Source of the DNA: Eledone cirrhosa
Lineage: Eukaryota
Direction of reading: 5' to 3'
NCBI GenBank assembly: GCA_964016885.1
Contig: OZ024741.1
Location: 382,974,001 to 383,038,000, forward strand
DNA: 64,000 bases
Positions within the stretch are counted from its first letter, which is position 1. Each line of letters starts with the position of its first letter. The position numbers were made by a program, and so were the translations under genes. Under the pieces are notes generated by a model. It worked only from the letters and a program-made list of their open reading frames with translations, was not told the origin of the DNA and did no database searches. Positions 24,801 through 39,269 of this stretch are shown here, piece after piece.

Positions 24801-27800
24801 CGTTCAACCATCTGGCAGAAAGGTATATGGTCCTCACTATAGCTAATAAGCTTGAAACTAGTACATCGTTCCTGTGTCAGTATTGGATAAAAAGGTGACG
24901 TGGTTGCCTAAACACTGTACGGCGTAATTATGGCTGTTTGTTTGTTTACAAACGAACAAACCGAGCATTATAATAAATGTTCGGTAAACTGATACGTGCA
25001 TATATATATGTGTGCCTGTATGTATATATATATACATGCTACTGTACGTCTGTATACATATATGTATGTACGTATACATACATACTTACATTTAAGTAAG
25101 TGCCGTACTAAGTGTGAGAAATGAAATGTCGTTTCATTCTATTCCATTTATCGTTTTCGGTGCACCTGGCCGACTGAACTCACTCGATATGCAAATTAGG
25201 CTGCTCAGCCGTTAATTTTCATAGGGAAAGTATATACTTTTGGACGTTCAACCATCTGGCAGAAAGGTATACGGTGCTGACGATAGCTAATAAGCTTGAA
25301 ACTAGTGCATTGTTCCTGTGTCAGTGTTGAATAAAAAGGTGACGTGGTTGCCTAAACACTGTACGGCGTAATTCAGGCTGTTTGTTTGTTTACAAACGAA
25401 CATACCGAGCATTATAATAAATGTTCGGTAAACCGATACGTGCATATATATATGTGTGCCTGTATGTATATATATACATGCTACTGTACGTCTGTATACA
25501 TATATGTATGTACGTATACATACATACTTACATTTAAGTAAGTGCCGTACTAAGAGTGAGAAATGAAACTTTGTTTCATTTCATTCCATTTATCGGTTTC
25601 GGTGCGCCTGGCCGACTGAACTCACTCGATATGCAAATTAGGCTGCTCAGCCGTTAATTTTCAGAAGGAAAGTATATACTTTCGGACGTTCAACCATCTG
25701 GCAGAAAGGTATACGGTGCTGACGATAGCTAATAAGCTTGAAACTAGTACATCGTTCCTATGACAGTGTTGAACAAAAAGGTGACGTGGTTGCCTAAACA
25801 TTGTACGGCGTAATTCAGGCTGTTTCTTTGTTTACAAACGAACAAACCGAGCATTATAATAAATGTTCGGTAAACTGATACGTGCATATATATATGTGTG
25901 CCTGTATGTATATATATACATGCTACTGTACGTCTGTATACATATATGTATGTACGTATACATACATACTTACGTTTAAGTAAGTGCCGTACTAAGAGTG
26001 AGAAATGAAATTTCGTTTCATTCTATTCCATTTATCGTTCTCGGTGCGCCTGGCAGACTGAACTCACTCGATATGCAAATTGGGCTGCTCAGCCGTTAAC
26101 TTTCATAAGGAAAGTATATACTTTCGGACGTTCAACCATCTGGCAGAAAGGTATACGGTGCTGACGAAAGCTAATAAACTTGAAACTAGTACATCGTTTT
26201 AGTGTCAGTGTTGAAGAAAAAGGTGACGTAGTTGCCTAAACACTGTACGGCGTAATTCAGGTTGTTTGTTTGTTTACAAACGAACAAACCGGGCATTATA
26301 ATAAATGTTCGGTAAACTGATACGTGCATATATATATGTTTGCCGGTATGTATATATATACATGCTACTGTACGTCTGTATACATATATGTATGTACGTA
26401 TACATACATACTTACATTTAAGTAAGTGCCGTACTAAGAGTGAGAAATGAAACTTCGTTTCATTTCATTCCATTTATCGTTTTCGGTGCGCCTGGCCGAC
26501 TGAACTCACTCGATATGCAAATTAGGCTGCTCAGCCGTTAATTTTCATAAGGAAAGTATATACTTTCGGACGTTCAACCATCTGGCAGAAAGGTATACGG
26601 TGCTGACGATAGCTAATAAGCTTGAAACTAGTACATCGTTCCTATGACAGTGTTGAACAAAAAGGTGACGTGGTTGCCTAAACATTGTACGGCGTAATTC
26701 AGGCTGTTTCTTTGTTTACAAACGAACAAACCGAGCATTATAATAAATGTTCGGTAAACTGATACGTGCATATATATATGTGTGCCTGTATGTATATATA
26801 TACATGCTACTGTACGTATGTATACATATATGTATGTACGTATACATACATACTTACGGTTAAGTAAGTGCCGTACTAAGAGTGAGAAATGAAATTTCGT
26901 TTCATTCTATTCCATTTATCGTTTTCGGTGCGCCTGGCCGACTGAACTCACTCGATATGCAAATTGGGCTGCTCAGCCGTTAATTTTTATAAGGAAAGTA
27001 TATACTTTCGGACGTTCAACCATCTGGCAGAAAGGTATACGGTGCTGACGATAGCTAATAAGCTTGAAACTAGTACATCGTTTTTGTGTCAGTGTTGAAA
27101 AAAAAGGTGACGTGGTTGCCTAAACACTGTACGGCGTAATTATGGCTGTTTGTTTGTTTACAAACGAACAAACCGAGCATTATAATAAATGTTCGGTAAA
27201 CTGATACGTGCATATATATATGTGTGCCTGTATGTATATATATATACATGCTACTGTACGTCTGTATGCATATATGTATGTACGTATACATACATACTTA
27301 CATTTCAGTAAGTGCCGTACTAAGTGTGAGAAATGAAATGACGTTTCATTCTATTCCATTTATCGTTTTCGGTGCACCTGGCCGACTGAACTCACTCAAT
27401 ATGCAAATTAGGCTGCTCAGCCGTTAATTTTCATAAGTAAAGTATATACTTTCGGACGTTCAACCGTCTGGCAGAAAGGTATACGTTGCTGACGATAGCT
27501 AATAAGCTTGAAACTAGTACATCGTTCCTGTGTCAGTGTTGAATAAAAAGGTGACGTGGTTGCCTAAACACTGTACGGCGTAATTCAGGATGTTTGTTTG
27601 TTTACAAACGAACAAACCGAGCATTATAATAAATGTTCGGTAAACTGATACGTGCATATATATATGTTCGCCTGTATGTATATATATATACATGCTACTG
27701 TACGTCTGTATACATATATGTATGTACGTATACATAAATACTTACATTTAAGTAAATGCCGTACTAAGTGTGAGAAATGAAATGTCGTTTCATTCTATTC

Positions 27801-30800
27801 CATTTATCGTTTTCGGTGCACCTGGCCGACTGAACTCACCCGATATGCAAATTAGGCTGCTCAGCCGTTAATTTTCATAGGGAAAGTATATACTTTCGGA
27901 CGTTCAACCATCTGGCACAAAGGTATACGGTGCTGACGATAGCTAATAAGCTTCAAACTAGTACATCGTTTTTGTGTCAGTGTTGAACAAAAAGGTGACG
28001 TGGTTGCCTAAACACTGTACGGCGTAATTCAGGCTGTTTGTTTGTTTACAAACGAACAAACCGAGCATTATAATAAATGTTCGGTAAACTGATACGTGCA
28101 TATATATATGTGTGCCTGTATGTATATATATACATGCTACTGTACGTATGTATACATATATGTATGTACGTATACATACATACTTACGTTTAAGTAAGTG
28201 CCGTACTAAGAGTGAGAAATGAAATTTCGTTTCATTCTATTCCATTTATGGTTTTCGGTGCGCCTGGCCGAGTGAACTCACTCGATATGCAAATTGGGCT
28301 GCTCAGCCGTTAATTTTCATAAGGAAAGTATATATTTTCGGACGTTCAACCATCTGGCAGAAAGGTATACGGTGCTGACGATAGCTAATAAGCTTGAAAC
28401 TAGTACATCGTTTTTGTGTCAGTGTTGAACAAAAAGGTGACGTGGTTGCCTAAACACTGTACGGCGTAATTCAGGCTGTCTGTTTGTTTACAAACGAACA
28501 AACCGAGCATTATAATAAATGTTCGGTAAACTGATACGTGCATATATATATGTGTGCCCGTATGTATATGTATATACATGCTACTGTACGTCTGTATACA
28601 TGTATGTATGTACGTATAAATATATACTTACATTTAAGTAAGTGCCGTACGAAGAGTGAGAAATGAAATGTCGTTTCATTGTATTCCATTTATCGTTTTC
28701 GGTGCACCTGGCCGACTGAACTCACTTGATATGCAAATTAGGCTGCTCAGCCGTTAATTTTCATTGAGAAAGTATATACTTTCGGACGTTCAACCATCTG
28801 GCAGAAAGGTATACGGTGCTGACGATAGCTAATAAGCTTGAAACTAGTACATCGTTTTTGTGTCAGTGTTGAACAAAAAGGTGACGTGGTTGCCTAAACA
28901 CTGTACGGCGTAATTCAGGTTGTTTGTTTGTTTACAAACGAACAAACCGGGCATTATAATAAATGTTCGGTAAACTGATACGTGCATATATATATGTTTG
29001 CCTGTATGTATATATATACATGCTACTGTACGTCTGTATACATATATGTATGTACGTATACATACATACTTACATTTAAGTAAGTGCCGTACTAAGAGTG
29101 AGAAATGAAATTTCTTTTCATTCTATTCCATTTATCGTTTTCGGTGCGCCTGGCCGATTGAACTCAATCGATATGCAAATTGGGCTGCTCAGCCGTTAAT
29201 TTTCATAAGGAAAGTATATACTTTCGGACGTTCAACCATCTGGCAGAAAGGTATACGGTGCTGACGATAGCTAATAAGCCTGAAACTAGTACATCGTTTT
29301 TGTGTCAGTGTTGAAAAAAAAGATGACGCGGTTGCCTGAACACTGTACGGCGTAATTCAGGCTGTTTTTTTGTTTACAAACGAACAAACCGAGCATTATA
29401 ATAAATGTTCGGTAAACTGATACTTGCATATATATATGTGTGCCTGTATGTATATATATACATGCTACTGTACGTCTGTATACATATATGTATGTACGTA
29501 TACATACATACTTACATTTAAGTAAGTGCCGTACTAAGAGTGAGAAATGAAATTTCGTTTCATTCTATTCCATTTATCGTTTTCGGTGCGCCTGGCCGAC
29601 TGAACTCACCCGATATGCCAATTAGGCTGTAAAGCTGTTAATTTTCATAAGGAAAGTATATACTTTCGGACTTTCAACCATCTGGCAGAAAGGTATACGG
29701 TGCTGACGATAGCTAATAAGCTTGAAACTAGTACATCGTTCTTGTGTCAGTGTTGAACAAAAAGCTGACGTGGTTGCCTAAACACTGTACGGCGTAATTC
29801 AGGCTGTTTGTTTGTTTACAAACGAACAAACCGAGCATTATAAAAAATGTTCGGTAAACTGATACGTGCATATATATATGTGTGCCTGTATGTATATATA
29901 TACATGCTACTGTACGTATGTATACATATATGTATGTACGTATACATACATACTTACATTTAAGTAAGTACCGTACTAAGAGTGAGAAATGAAATTTCGT
30001 TTCATTCTATTCAATTTATCGTTTTCGGTGCACCTGGCCGACTGAACTCACCCGATATGCAAATTAGGCTGCTCAGCCGTTAATTTTCATAGGGAAAGTA
30101 TATACTTTCGGACGTTCAACCATCTGGCACAAAGGTATACGGTGCTGACGATAGCTAATAAGCTTCAAACTAGTACATCGTTTTTGTGTCAGTGTTGAAC
30201 AAAAAGGTGACGTGGTTGCCTAAACACTGTACGGCGTAATTCAGGCTGTTTGTTTGTTTACAAACGAACAAACCGAGCATTATAATAAATGTTCGGTAAA
30301 CTGATACGTGCATATATATATATGTGTGCCTGTATGTATATATATACATGCTACTGTACGTATGTATACATATATGTATGTACGTATACATACATACTTA
30401 CGTTTAAGTAAGTGCCGTACTAAGAGTGAGAAATGAAATTTCGTTTCATTCTATTCCATTTATGGTTTTCGGTGCGCCTGGCCGAGTGAACTCACTCGAT
30501 ATGCAAATTGGGCTGCTCAGCCGTTAATTTTCATAAGGAAAGTATATATTTTCGGACGTTCAACCATCTGGCAGAAAGGTATACGGTGCTGACGATAGCT
30601 AATAAGCTTGAAACTAGTACATCGTTTTTGTGTCAGTGTTGAACAAAAAGGTGACGTGGTTGCCTAAACACTGTACGGCGTAATTCAGGCTGTCTGTTTG
30701 TTTACAAACGAACAAACCGATCATTATAATAAATGTTCGGTAAACTGATACGTGCATATATATATGTGTGCCCGTATGTATATGTATATACATGCTACTG

Positions 30801-33630
30801 TACGTCTGTATACATGTATGTATGTACGTATAAATATATACTTACATTTAAGTAAGTGCCGTACGAAGAGTGAGAAATGAAATGTCGTTTCATTGTATTC
30901 CATTTATCGTTTTCGGTGCACCTGGCCGACTGAACTCACTTGATATGCAAATTAGGCTGCTCAGCCGTTAATTTTCATTGAGAAAGTATATACTTTCGGA
31001 CGTTCAACCATCTGGCAGAAAGGTATACGGTGCTGACGATAGCTAATAAGCTTGAAACTAGTACATCGTTTTTGTGTCAGTGTTGAACAAAAAGGTGACG
31101 TGGTTGCCTAAACACTGTACGGCGTAATTCAGGTTGTTTGTTTGTTTACAAACGAACAAACCGGGCATTATAATAAATGTTCGGTAAACTGATACGTGCA
31201 TATATATATGTTTGCCTGTATGTATATGTATACATGCTACTGTACGTCTGTATACATATATGTATGTACGTATACATACATACTTACATTTAAGTAAGTG
31301 CCGTACTAAGAGTGAGAAATGAAATTTCGTTTCATTCTATTCCATTTATCGTTTTCGGTGCGCCTGGCCGACTGAACTCACCCGATATGCCAATTAGGCT
31401 GTAAAGCTGTTAATTTTCATAAGGAAAGTATATACTTTCGGACTTTCAACCATCTGGCAGAAAGGTATACGGTGCTGACGATAGCTAATAAGCTTGAAAC
31501 TAGTACATCGTTCTTGTGTGAGTGTTGAACAAAAAGCTGACGTGGTTGCCTAAACACTGTACGGCGTAATTCAGGCTGTTTGTTTGTTTACAAACGAACA
31601 AACCGAGCATTATAAAAAATGTTCGGTAAACTGATACGTGCATATATATATATGTGTGCCTGTATGTATATATATACATGCTACTGTACGTATGTATACA
31701 TATATGTATGTACGTATACATACATACTTACATTTAAGTAAGTACCGTACTAAGAGTGAGAAATGAAATTTCGTTTCATTCTATTCAATTTATCGTTTTC
31801 GGTGCGCCTGGCCGACTGAACTCACTCGATATGCAAATTGGGCTGCTCAGCCGTTAATTTTCATAAGGAAAGTATATACTTTCGGACGTTCAACCGTCTG
31901 GCAGAAAGGTATACGTTGCTGACGATAGCTAATAAGCTTGAAACTAGTACATCGTTCCTGTGTCAGTGTTGAATAAAAAGGTGACGTGGTTGCCTAAACA
32001 CTGTACGGCGTAATTCAGGCTGTTTGTTTGTTTACAAACGAACAAACCGAGCATTATAATAAATGTTCGGTAAACTGATACGTGCATATATATATGTTCG
32101 CCTGTATGTATATATATACATGCTACTGTACGTATGTATACATATATGTATGTACGTATACATACATACTTACCTTTAAGTAAGTGCCGTACTAAGAGTG
32201 AGAAATGAAATGTCGTTTCAGTGTATTCCATTTATCGTTTACGGTGCACCTGGCCGACTGAACTCACTCGATATGCAAATTAGGCTGCTCAGCCGTTAAT
32301 TTTCATTGGGAAAGTATATACTTTCGGACGTTCAACCATCTGGCAGAAAGGTATACGGTGCTGACGATAGCTAATAAGCTTGAAACTAGTACATCGTCCC
32401 TGTGTCAGGGTTGAACAAAAAGGTGACGTGGTTGCCTAAACACTGTACGGCGTAATTCAGGCTGTTTGTTTGTTTACAAACGAACAAACCGAGCATTATA
32501 ATAAATGTTCGGTAAACTGATATGTGCATATATATATGTGTGCCTGTATGTATATATATACATGCTACTGTACGTATGTATACATATATGTATGTACGTA
32601 TACATACATACTTATATTTAAGTAAGTACCGTACTAAGAGTGAGAAATGAAATTTCGTTTCATTCTATTCCATTTATCGTTTTCGGTGCGCCTGGCCGAC
32701 TGAACTCACTCGATATGCAAATTGGGCTGCTCAGCCGTTAATTTTCATAAGGAAAGTATATACTTTCGGACGTTCAACCATCTGGCAGAAAGGTATACGG
32801 TGCTGACGATAGCTAATAAGCTTGAAACTAGTACATCGTTCCTGTGTCAGTGTTGAACAAAAAGGTGACGTGGTTGCCTAAACACTGTACGGCGTAATTC
32901 AGGTTGTTTGTTTGTTTACGAACGAACAAACCGAGCATTATAATAAATGTTCGGTAAACTGATACGTGCATATATATATGTGTGCCTGTATCTATATATA
33001 TATACATGCTACTGTACGTCTGTATACATATATGTATGTACGTATACATACATACTTACATTTAAGTAAGTGCCGTAATAAGAGTGAGAAATGAAATGTC
33101 GTTTCATTCTATTCCATTTATCGTTTTCGGTGCACCAGGCCGACTGAACTCACTCGATATGCAAATTAGGCTGCTCAGCCGTTAATTTTCATAAGGAAAG
33201 TATATACTTTCGGATGTTCAACCATCTGGCAGAGAGGTATACAGTGCTGACGATAGGTAATAAGCTTGAAACTAATACATCGTACTTGTCTCAGTTTTGA
33301 ACAAAAAGGTGATTTAGTTGCTTAACCATTGTACGGCGTAATTCAGGCTGTTATTTGTTTACAAACGAACAAACCGAGCATTATACTAAATGTTCGGTAA
33401 ACTGATACGTGCATATATATATGTGTGCCTGTATGTATATATATACATGCTACTGTACGTATGTATACATATATGTATGTACTTATACATACATACTTAC
33501 GTTTAAGTAAGAGCCATACTAAGAGTGAGAAATGAAATTTCGTTTCATTCTATTCCATTTATCGTTTTCGGTGCGCCTGGCCGACTGAACTAACTCGATA
33601 TGCAAATTGGGCTGCTCAGCCGTTAATTTT

Positions 33631-36600
33631 CATAAGGAAAGTATATACTTTCGGACGTTCAACCATTTGGCAGAAAGGTATACGGTGCTGACGATAGCTA
33701 ATAAGCTTGAAACTAGTACATCGTTCCTGTGTCAGTGTTGAACAAAAAGGTGACGTGGTTGCCTAAACACTGTACGGCGTAATTCAGGCTGTTTGTTCGT
33801 TTACAAACGAACAAACCGAGCATTCTAATAAATGTTCGGTAAACTGATACGTGCAGATATATATGTGTGCCTGTATGTATATATATACATGCTAATGTAC
33901 GTATGTATACATATATGTATGTACGTATACATACATACTTACATTAAAGTAAGTGCCGTACTAAGAGTGAGAAATGAAATTTCGTTTTATATTATTCCAT
34001 TTATCGTTTTAGGTGCGCCTGGCCGACTGAACTCACTCGATATGCAAATTAGGCTGCTCAGCCGTTAATTTTCATAAGGAAAGTATATACTTTCGGACAT
34101 TCAACCATCTGGCAGAAAGGTATACGGTGCTGACGATAGATAATAATCTTGAAACTAGTACATCGTTCTTGTGTCAGGGTTGAACAAAAAGGTGACGTGG
34201 TTGCCTAAACATTGTACAGCGTAATCCAGGCTGTTTGTTTGTTTACAAACGAACAAACCGAGCATTATAACAAATGTTCGGTAAACTGATACGTGCATAT
34301 ATATATATGTGCCTGTATGTATATATATATACATGCTACTGTACGTCTGTATACATATATGTATGTACGTATACATACATACTTACATTTAATTAAGTGC
34401 CGTACTAAGAGTGAGAAATGAAATGTCGTTTCATTCTATTCCATTAATCGTTTTCGGTACACCTGGCCGACTGAACTGACTCGATATGCAAATTAGGCTG
34501 CTCAGCCGTTAATTTTCATAAGGAAAGTATATACTTTCGGACGTTCAACCATCTGGCAGAAAGGTATACGGTGCTGACGATAGCTAATAAGATTGAAACT
34601 AGTACATCGTTCTTGTGTCAGTGTTGAACAAAAAGGTGACGTGGTTGCCTAAACACTGTACGGCGTAATTCAGGCTGTTTGTTCGTTTACAAACGAACAA
34701 ACCGAGCATTATAATAAATGTTCGGTAAACTGATACGTGCATATATATGTATGTGTGCCTGTATGTATATATATACATGCTACTGTACGTCTGTATACAT
34801 ATATGTATGTACGTATACATACATACTTACATTTAAGTAAGTGCCGTAATAAGAGTGAGAAATGAAATTTCGTTTCATTCTATTCCATTTATCGTTTTCG
34901 GTGCGCCTGGCCGACTGAACTCACTCGATATGCAAATTGGGCTGCTCAGCCGTTAATTTTCATAAGGAAATTATATACTTTCGGACGTTCAACCATCTGG
35001 CAGAAAGATATACGGTGCTGACGATAGCTAATAAGCTTGAATCTAGTACATCGTTCCTGTGTCAGTGTTGAACAAAAAGGTGACGTGGTTGCCTAACCAT
35101 TGTACGGCGTAATTCAGGCTGTTGTTTGTTTACAAACGAACAAACCGAGTATTATAATAAATGTTCGGTAAACTGATACGTGCATATATATATGTGTGCC
35201 TGTATGTATATATATATACATGCTACTGTACGTCTGTATACGTATATGTATGTACGTATACATACATACTTACATTTAAGTAAGTGCCGTCTAAGAGTGA
35301 GAAATGAAATGTCGTTTCATTCTATTCCATTTATCGTTTTCGGTGCACCTGGCCGACTGAACTCACTCGATATGCAAATTGGGCTGCTCAGCCGTTAATT
35401 TTCATAAGGGAAGTATATACTTTCGGACGTTCAACCATCTGTCAGAAAGGTATACGGTGCTGACGATAGCTAATAAGCTTGAAACTAGTACATCGTCCCT
35501 GTGTCAGGGTTGGACAAAAAGGTGACGTGGTTGCCTAAACATTGTACGGCGTAATTCAGGCTGTTTGTTTGTTTACAAACGAACAAACCGAGCATTCTAA
35601 TAAATGTTCGGTAAAATGATACGTGCATATATATAGGTGTGCCTGTATGTATATATATACATGCTACTGTACGTCTGTACACATATATGTATGTACGTAT
35701 ACATACATACTTACATTTAAGAACTGTACTAAGAGTGAGAAATGAAATTTCGTTTCATTCTATTCCATTTATCGTTTTCGGTGCCCCTGGCCGATTGAAC
35801 TCACTCGATATGCAAATTAGGCTGCTCAGCCGTTAAATTTCATAAGGAAAGTATATACTTTCGGACGTTCAACCATTTGGCAGAAAGGTATACGGTGCTG
35901 ACGATAGCTAATAAGCTTGAAACTAGTACATCGTTCCTGTGTCAGTGTTGAACAAAAAGGTGACGTGGTTGCCTAAACACTGTACGGCGTAATTCAGGCT
36001 GTTTGTTCGTTTACAAACGAACAAACCGAGCATTCTAATAAATGTTCGGTAAACTGATACGTGCAGATATATATGTGTGCCTGTATGTATATATATACAT
36101 GCTAATGTACGTATGTATACATATATGTATGTACGTATACATACATACTTACATTAAAGTAAGTGCCGTACTAAGAGTGAGAAATGAAATTTCGTTTTAT
36201 ATTATTCCACTTATCGTTTTAGGTGCGCCTGGCCGACTGAACTCACTCGATATGCAAATTAGGCTGCTCAGCCGTTAATTTTCATAAGGAAAGTATATAC
36301 TTTCGGACGTTCAACCATCTGGCAGAAAGGTATACGGTGCTGACGATAGCTAATAATCTTGAAACTAGTACATCGTTCTTGTGTCAGGGTTGAACAAAAA
36401 GGTGACGTGGTTGCCTAAACATTGTACAGCGTAATCCAGGCTGTTTGTTTGTTTACAAACGAACAAACCGAGCATTATAACAAATGTTCGGTAAACTGAT
36501 ACGTGCATATATATATATGTGCCTGTATGTATATATATATACATGCTACTGTACGTCTGTATACATATATGTATGTACGTATACATACATACTTACATAT

Positions 36601-38050
36601 AATTAAGTGCCGTACTAAGAGTGAGAAATGAAATGTCGTTTCATTCTATTCCATTAATCGTTTTCGGTACACCTGGCCGACTGAACTGACTCGATATGCA
36701 AATTAGGCTGCTCAGCCGTTAATTTTCATAAGGAAAGTATATACTTTCGGACGTTCAACCATCTGGCAGAAAGGTATACGGTGCTGACGATAGCTAATAA
36801 GATTGAAACTAGTACATCGTTCTTGTGTCAGTGTTGAACAAAAAGGTGACGTGGTTGCCTAAACACTGTACGGCGTAATTCAGGCTGTTTGTTCGTTTAC
36901 AAACGAACAAACCGAGCATTATAATAAATGTTCGGTAAACTGATACGTGCATATATATATATGTGTGCCTGTATGTATATATATACATGCTACTGTACGT
37001 CTGTATACATATATGTATGTACGTATACATACATACTTACATTTAAGTAAGTGCCGTAATAAGAGTGAGAAATGAAATTTCGTTTCATTCTATTCCATTT
37101 ATCGTTTTCGGTGCGCCTGGCCGACTGAACTCACTCGATATGCAAATTGGGCTGCTCAGCCGTTAATTTTCATAAGGAAATTATATACTTTCGGACGTTC
37201 AACCATCTGGCAGAAAGATATACGGTGCTGACGATAGCTAATAAGCTTGAATCTAGTACATCGTTCCTGTGTCAGTGTTGAACAAAAAGGTGACGTGGTT
37301 GCCTAACCATTGTACGGCGTAATTCAGGCTGTTGTTTGTTTACAAACGAACAAACCGAGTATTATAATAAATGTTCGGTAAACTGATACGTGCATATATA
37401 TATGTGTGCCTGTATGTATATATATATACATGCTACTGTACGTCTGTATACGTATATGTATGTACGTATACATACATACTTACATTTAAGTAAGTGCCGT
37501 CTAAGAGTGAGAAATGAAATGTCGTTTCATTCTATTCCATTTATCGTTTTCGGTGCACCTGGCCGACTGAACTCACTCGATATGCAAATTGGGCTGCTCA
37601 GCCGTTAATTTTCATAAGGGAAGTATATACTTTCGGACGTTCAACCATCTGTCAGAAAGGTATACGGTGCTGACGATAGCTAATAAGCTTGAAACTAGTA
37701 CATCGTCCCTGTGTCAGGGTTGGACAAAAAGGTGACGTGGTTGCCTAAACATTGTACGGCGTAATTCAGGCTGTTTGTTTGTTTACAAACGAACAAACCG
37801 AGCATTCTAATAAATGTTCGGTAAAATGATACGTGCATATATATAGGTGTGCCTGTATGTATATATATACATGCTACTGTACGTCTGTACACATATATGT
37901 ATGTACGTATACATACATACTTACATTTAAGAACCGTACTAAGAGTGAGAAATGAAATTTCGTTTCATTCTATTCCATTTATCGTTTTCGGTGCCCCTGG
38001 CCGATTGAACTCACTTGATATGCAAATTAGGCTGCTCAGCCGTTAAATTT
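33631..38050 (+). repeat. Higher-order tandem duplication of 5 units (2210 bp x2)
   Basis: Diagnostic variants and ORF-track entries recur at +2210 (33832/36042, 34155/36365, 34599/36809, 35180/37390, 35485/37695). Confidence 0.9.
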
Positions 38051-39269
38051 CAGAAGGAAAGTATATACTTTCGGACGTCAACCATCTGGCAGAAAGGTAT
38101 ACGGTGCTGACGATAGCTAATAAGCTTGAAACTAGTACATCGTTCTTGTGTCAGTGTTGAACAAAAAGGTGACGTGGTTGCCTAAATACTGTACGGCGTA
38201 ATTCAGGCTGTTTGTTTGTTTACAAACGAACAAACCGAGCATTATAATAAATGTTCGGTAAACTGATACGTGCATATATATATGCGTGCCTGTATGTATA
38301 TATATATACATGCTACTGTACGTCTGTATACATATATGTATGTACGTATACATACATACTTACATTTAAGTAAGTACCGTACTAAGAGTGAGAAATGAAA
38401 TTTCGTTTCATTCTATTCAATTTATCGTTTTCGGTGCGCCTGGCCGACTGAACTCACTCGATATGCAAATTGGGCTGCTCAGCCGTTAATTTTCATAAGG
38501 AATGTATATACTTTCGGACGTTCAACCGTCTGGCAGAAAGGTATACGTTGCTGACGATAGCTAATAAGCTTGAAACTAGTACATCGTTCCTGTGTCAGTG
38601 TTGAATAAAAAGGTGACGTGGTTGCCTAAACACTGTACGGCGTAATTCAGGATGTTTGTTTGTTTACAAACGAACAAACCGAGCATTATAATAAATGTTC
38701 GGTAAACTGATACGTGCATATATATATATGTTCGCCTGTATGTATATATATATACATGCTACTGTACGTCTGTATACATATATGTATGTACGTATACATA
38801 AATACTTACATTTAAGTAAATGCCGTACTAAGTGTGAGAAATGAAATGTCGTTTCATTCTATTCCATTTATCGTTTTCGGTGCACCTGTCCGACTGAACT
38901 CACCCGATATGCAAATTAGGCTGCTCAGCCGTTAATTTTCATAGGGAAAGTATATACTTTCGGACGTTCAACCATCTGGCACAAAGGTATACGGTGCTGA
39001 CGATAGCTAATAAGCTTCAAACTAGTACATCGTTTTTGTGTCAGTGTTGAACAAAAAGGTGACGTGGTTGCCTAAACACTGTACGGCGTAATTCAGGCTG
39101 TTTGTTTGTTTACAAACGAACAAACCGAGCATTATAATAAATGTTCGGTAAACTGATACGTGCATATATATATGTGTGCCTGTATGTATATATATACATG
39201 CTACTGTACGTATGTATACATATATGTATGTACGTATACATACATACTTACGTTTAAGTAAGTGCCGTA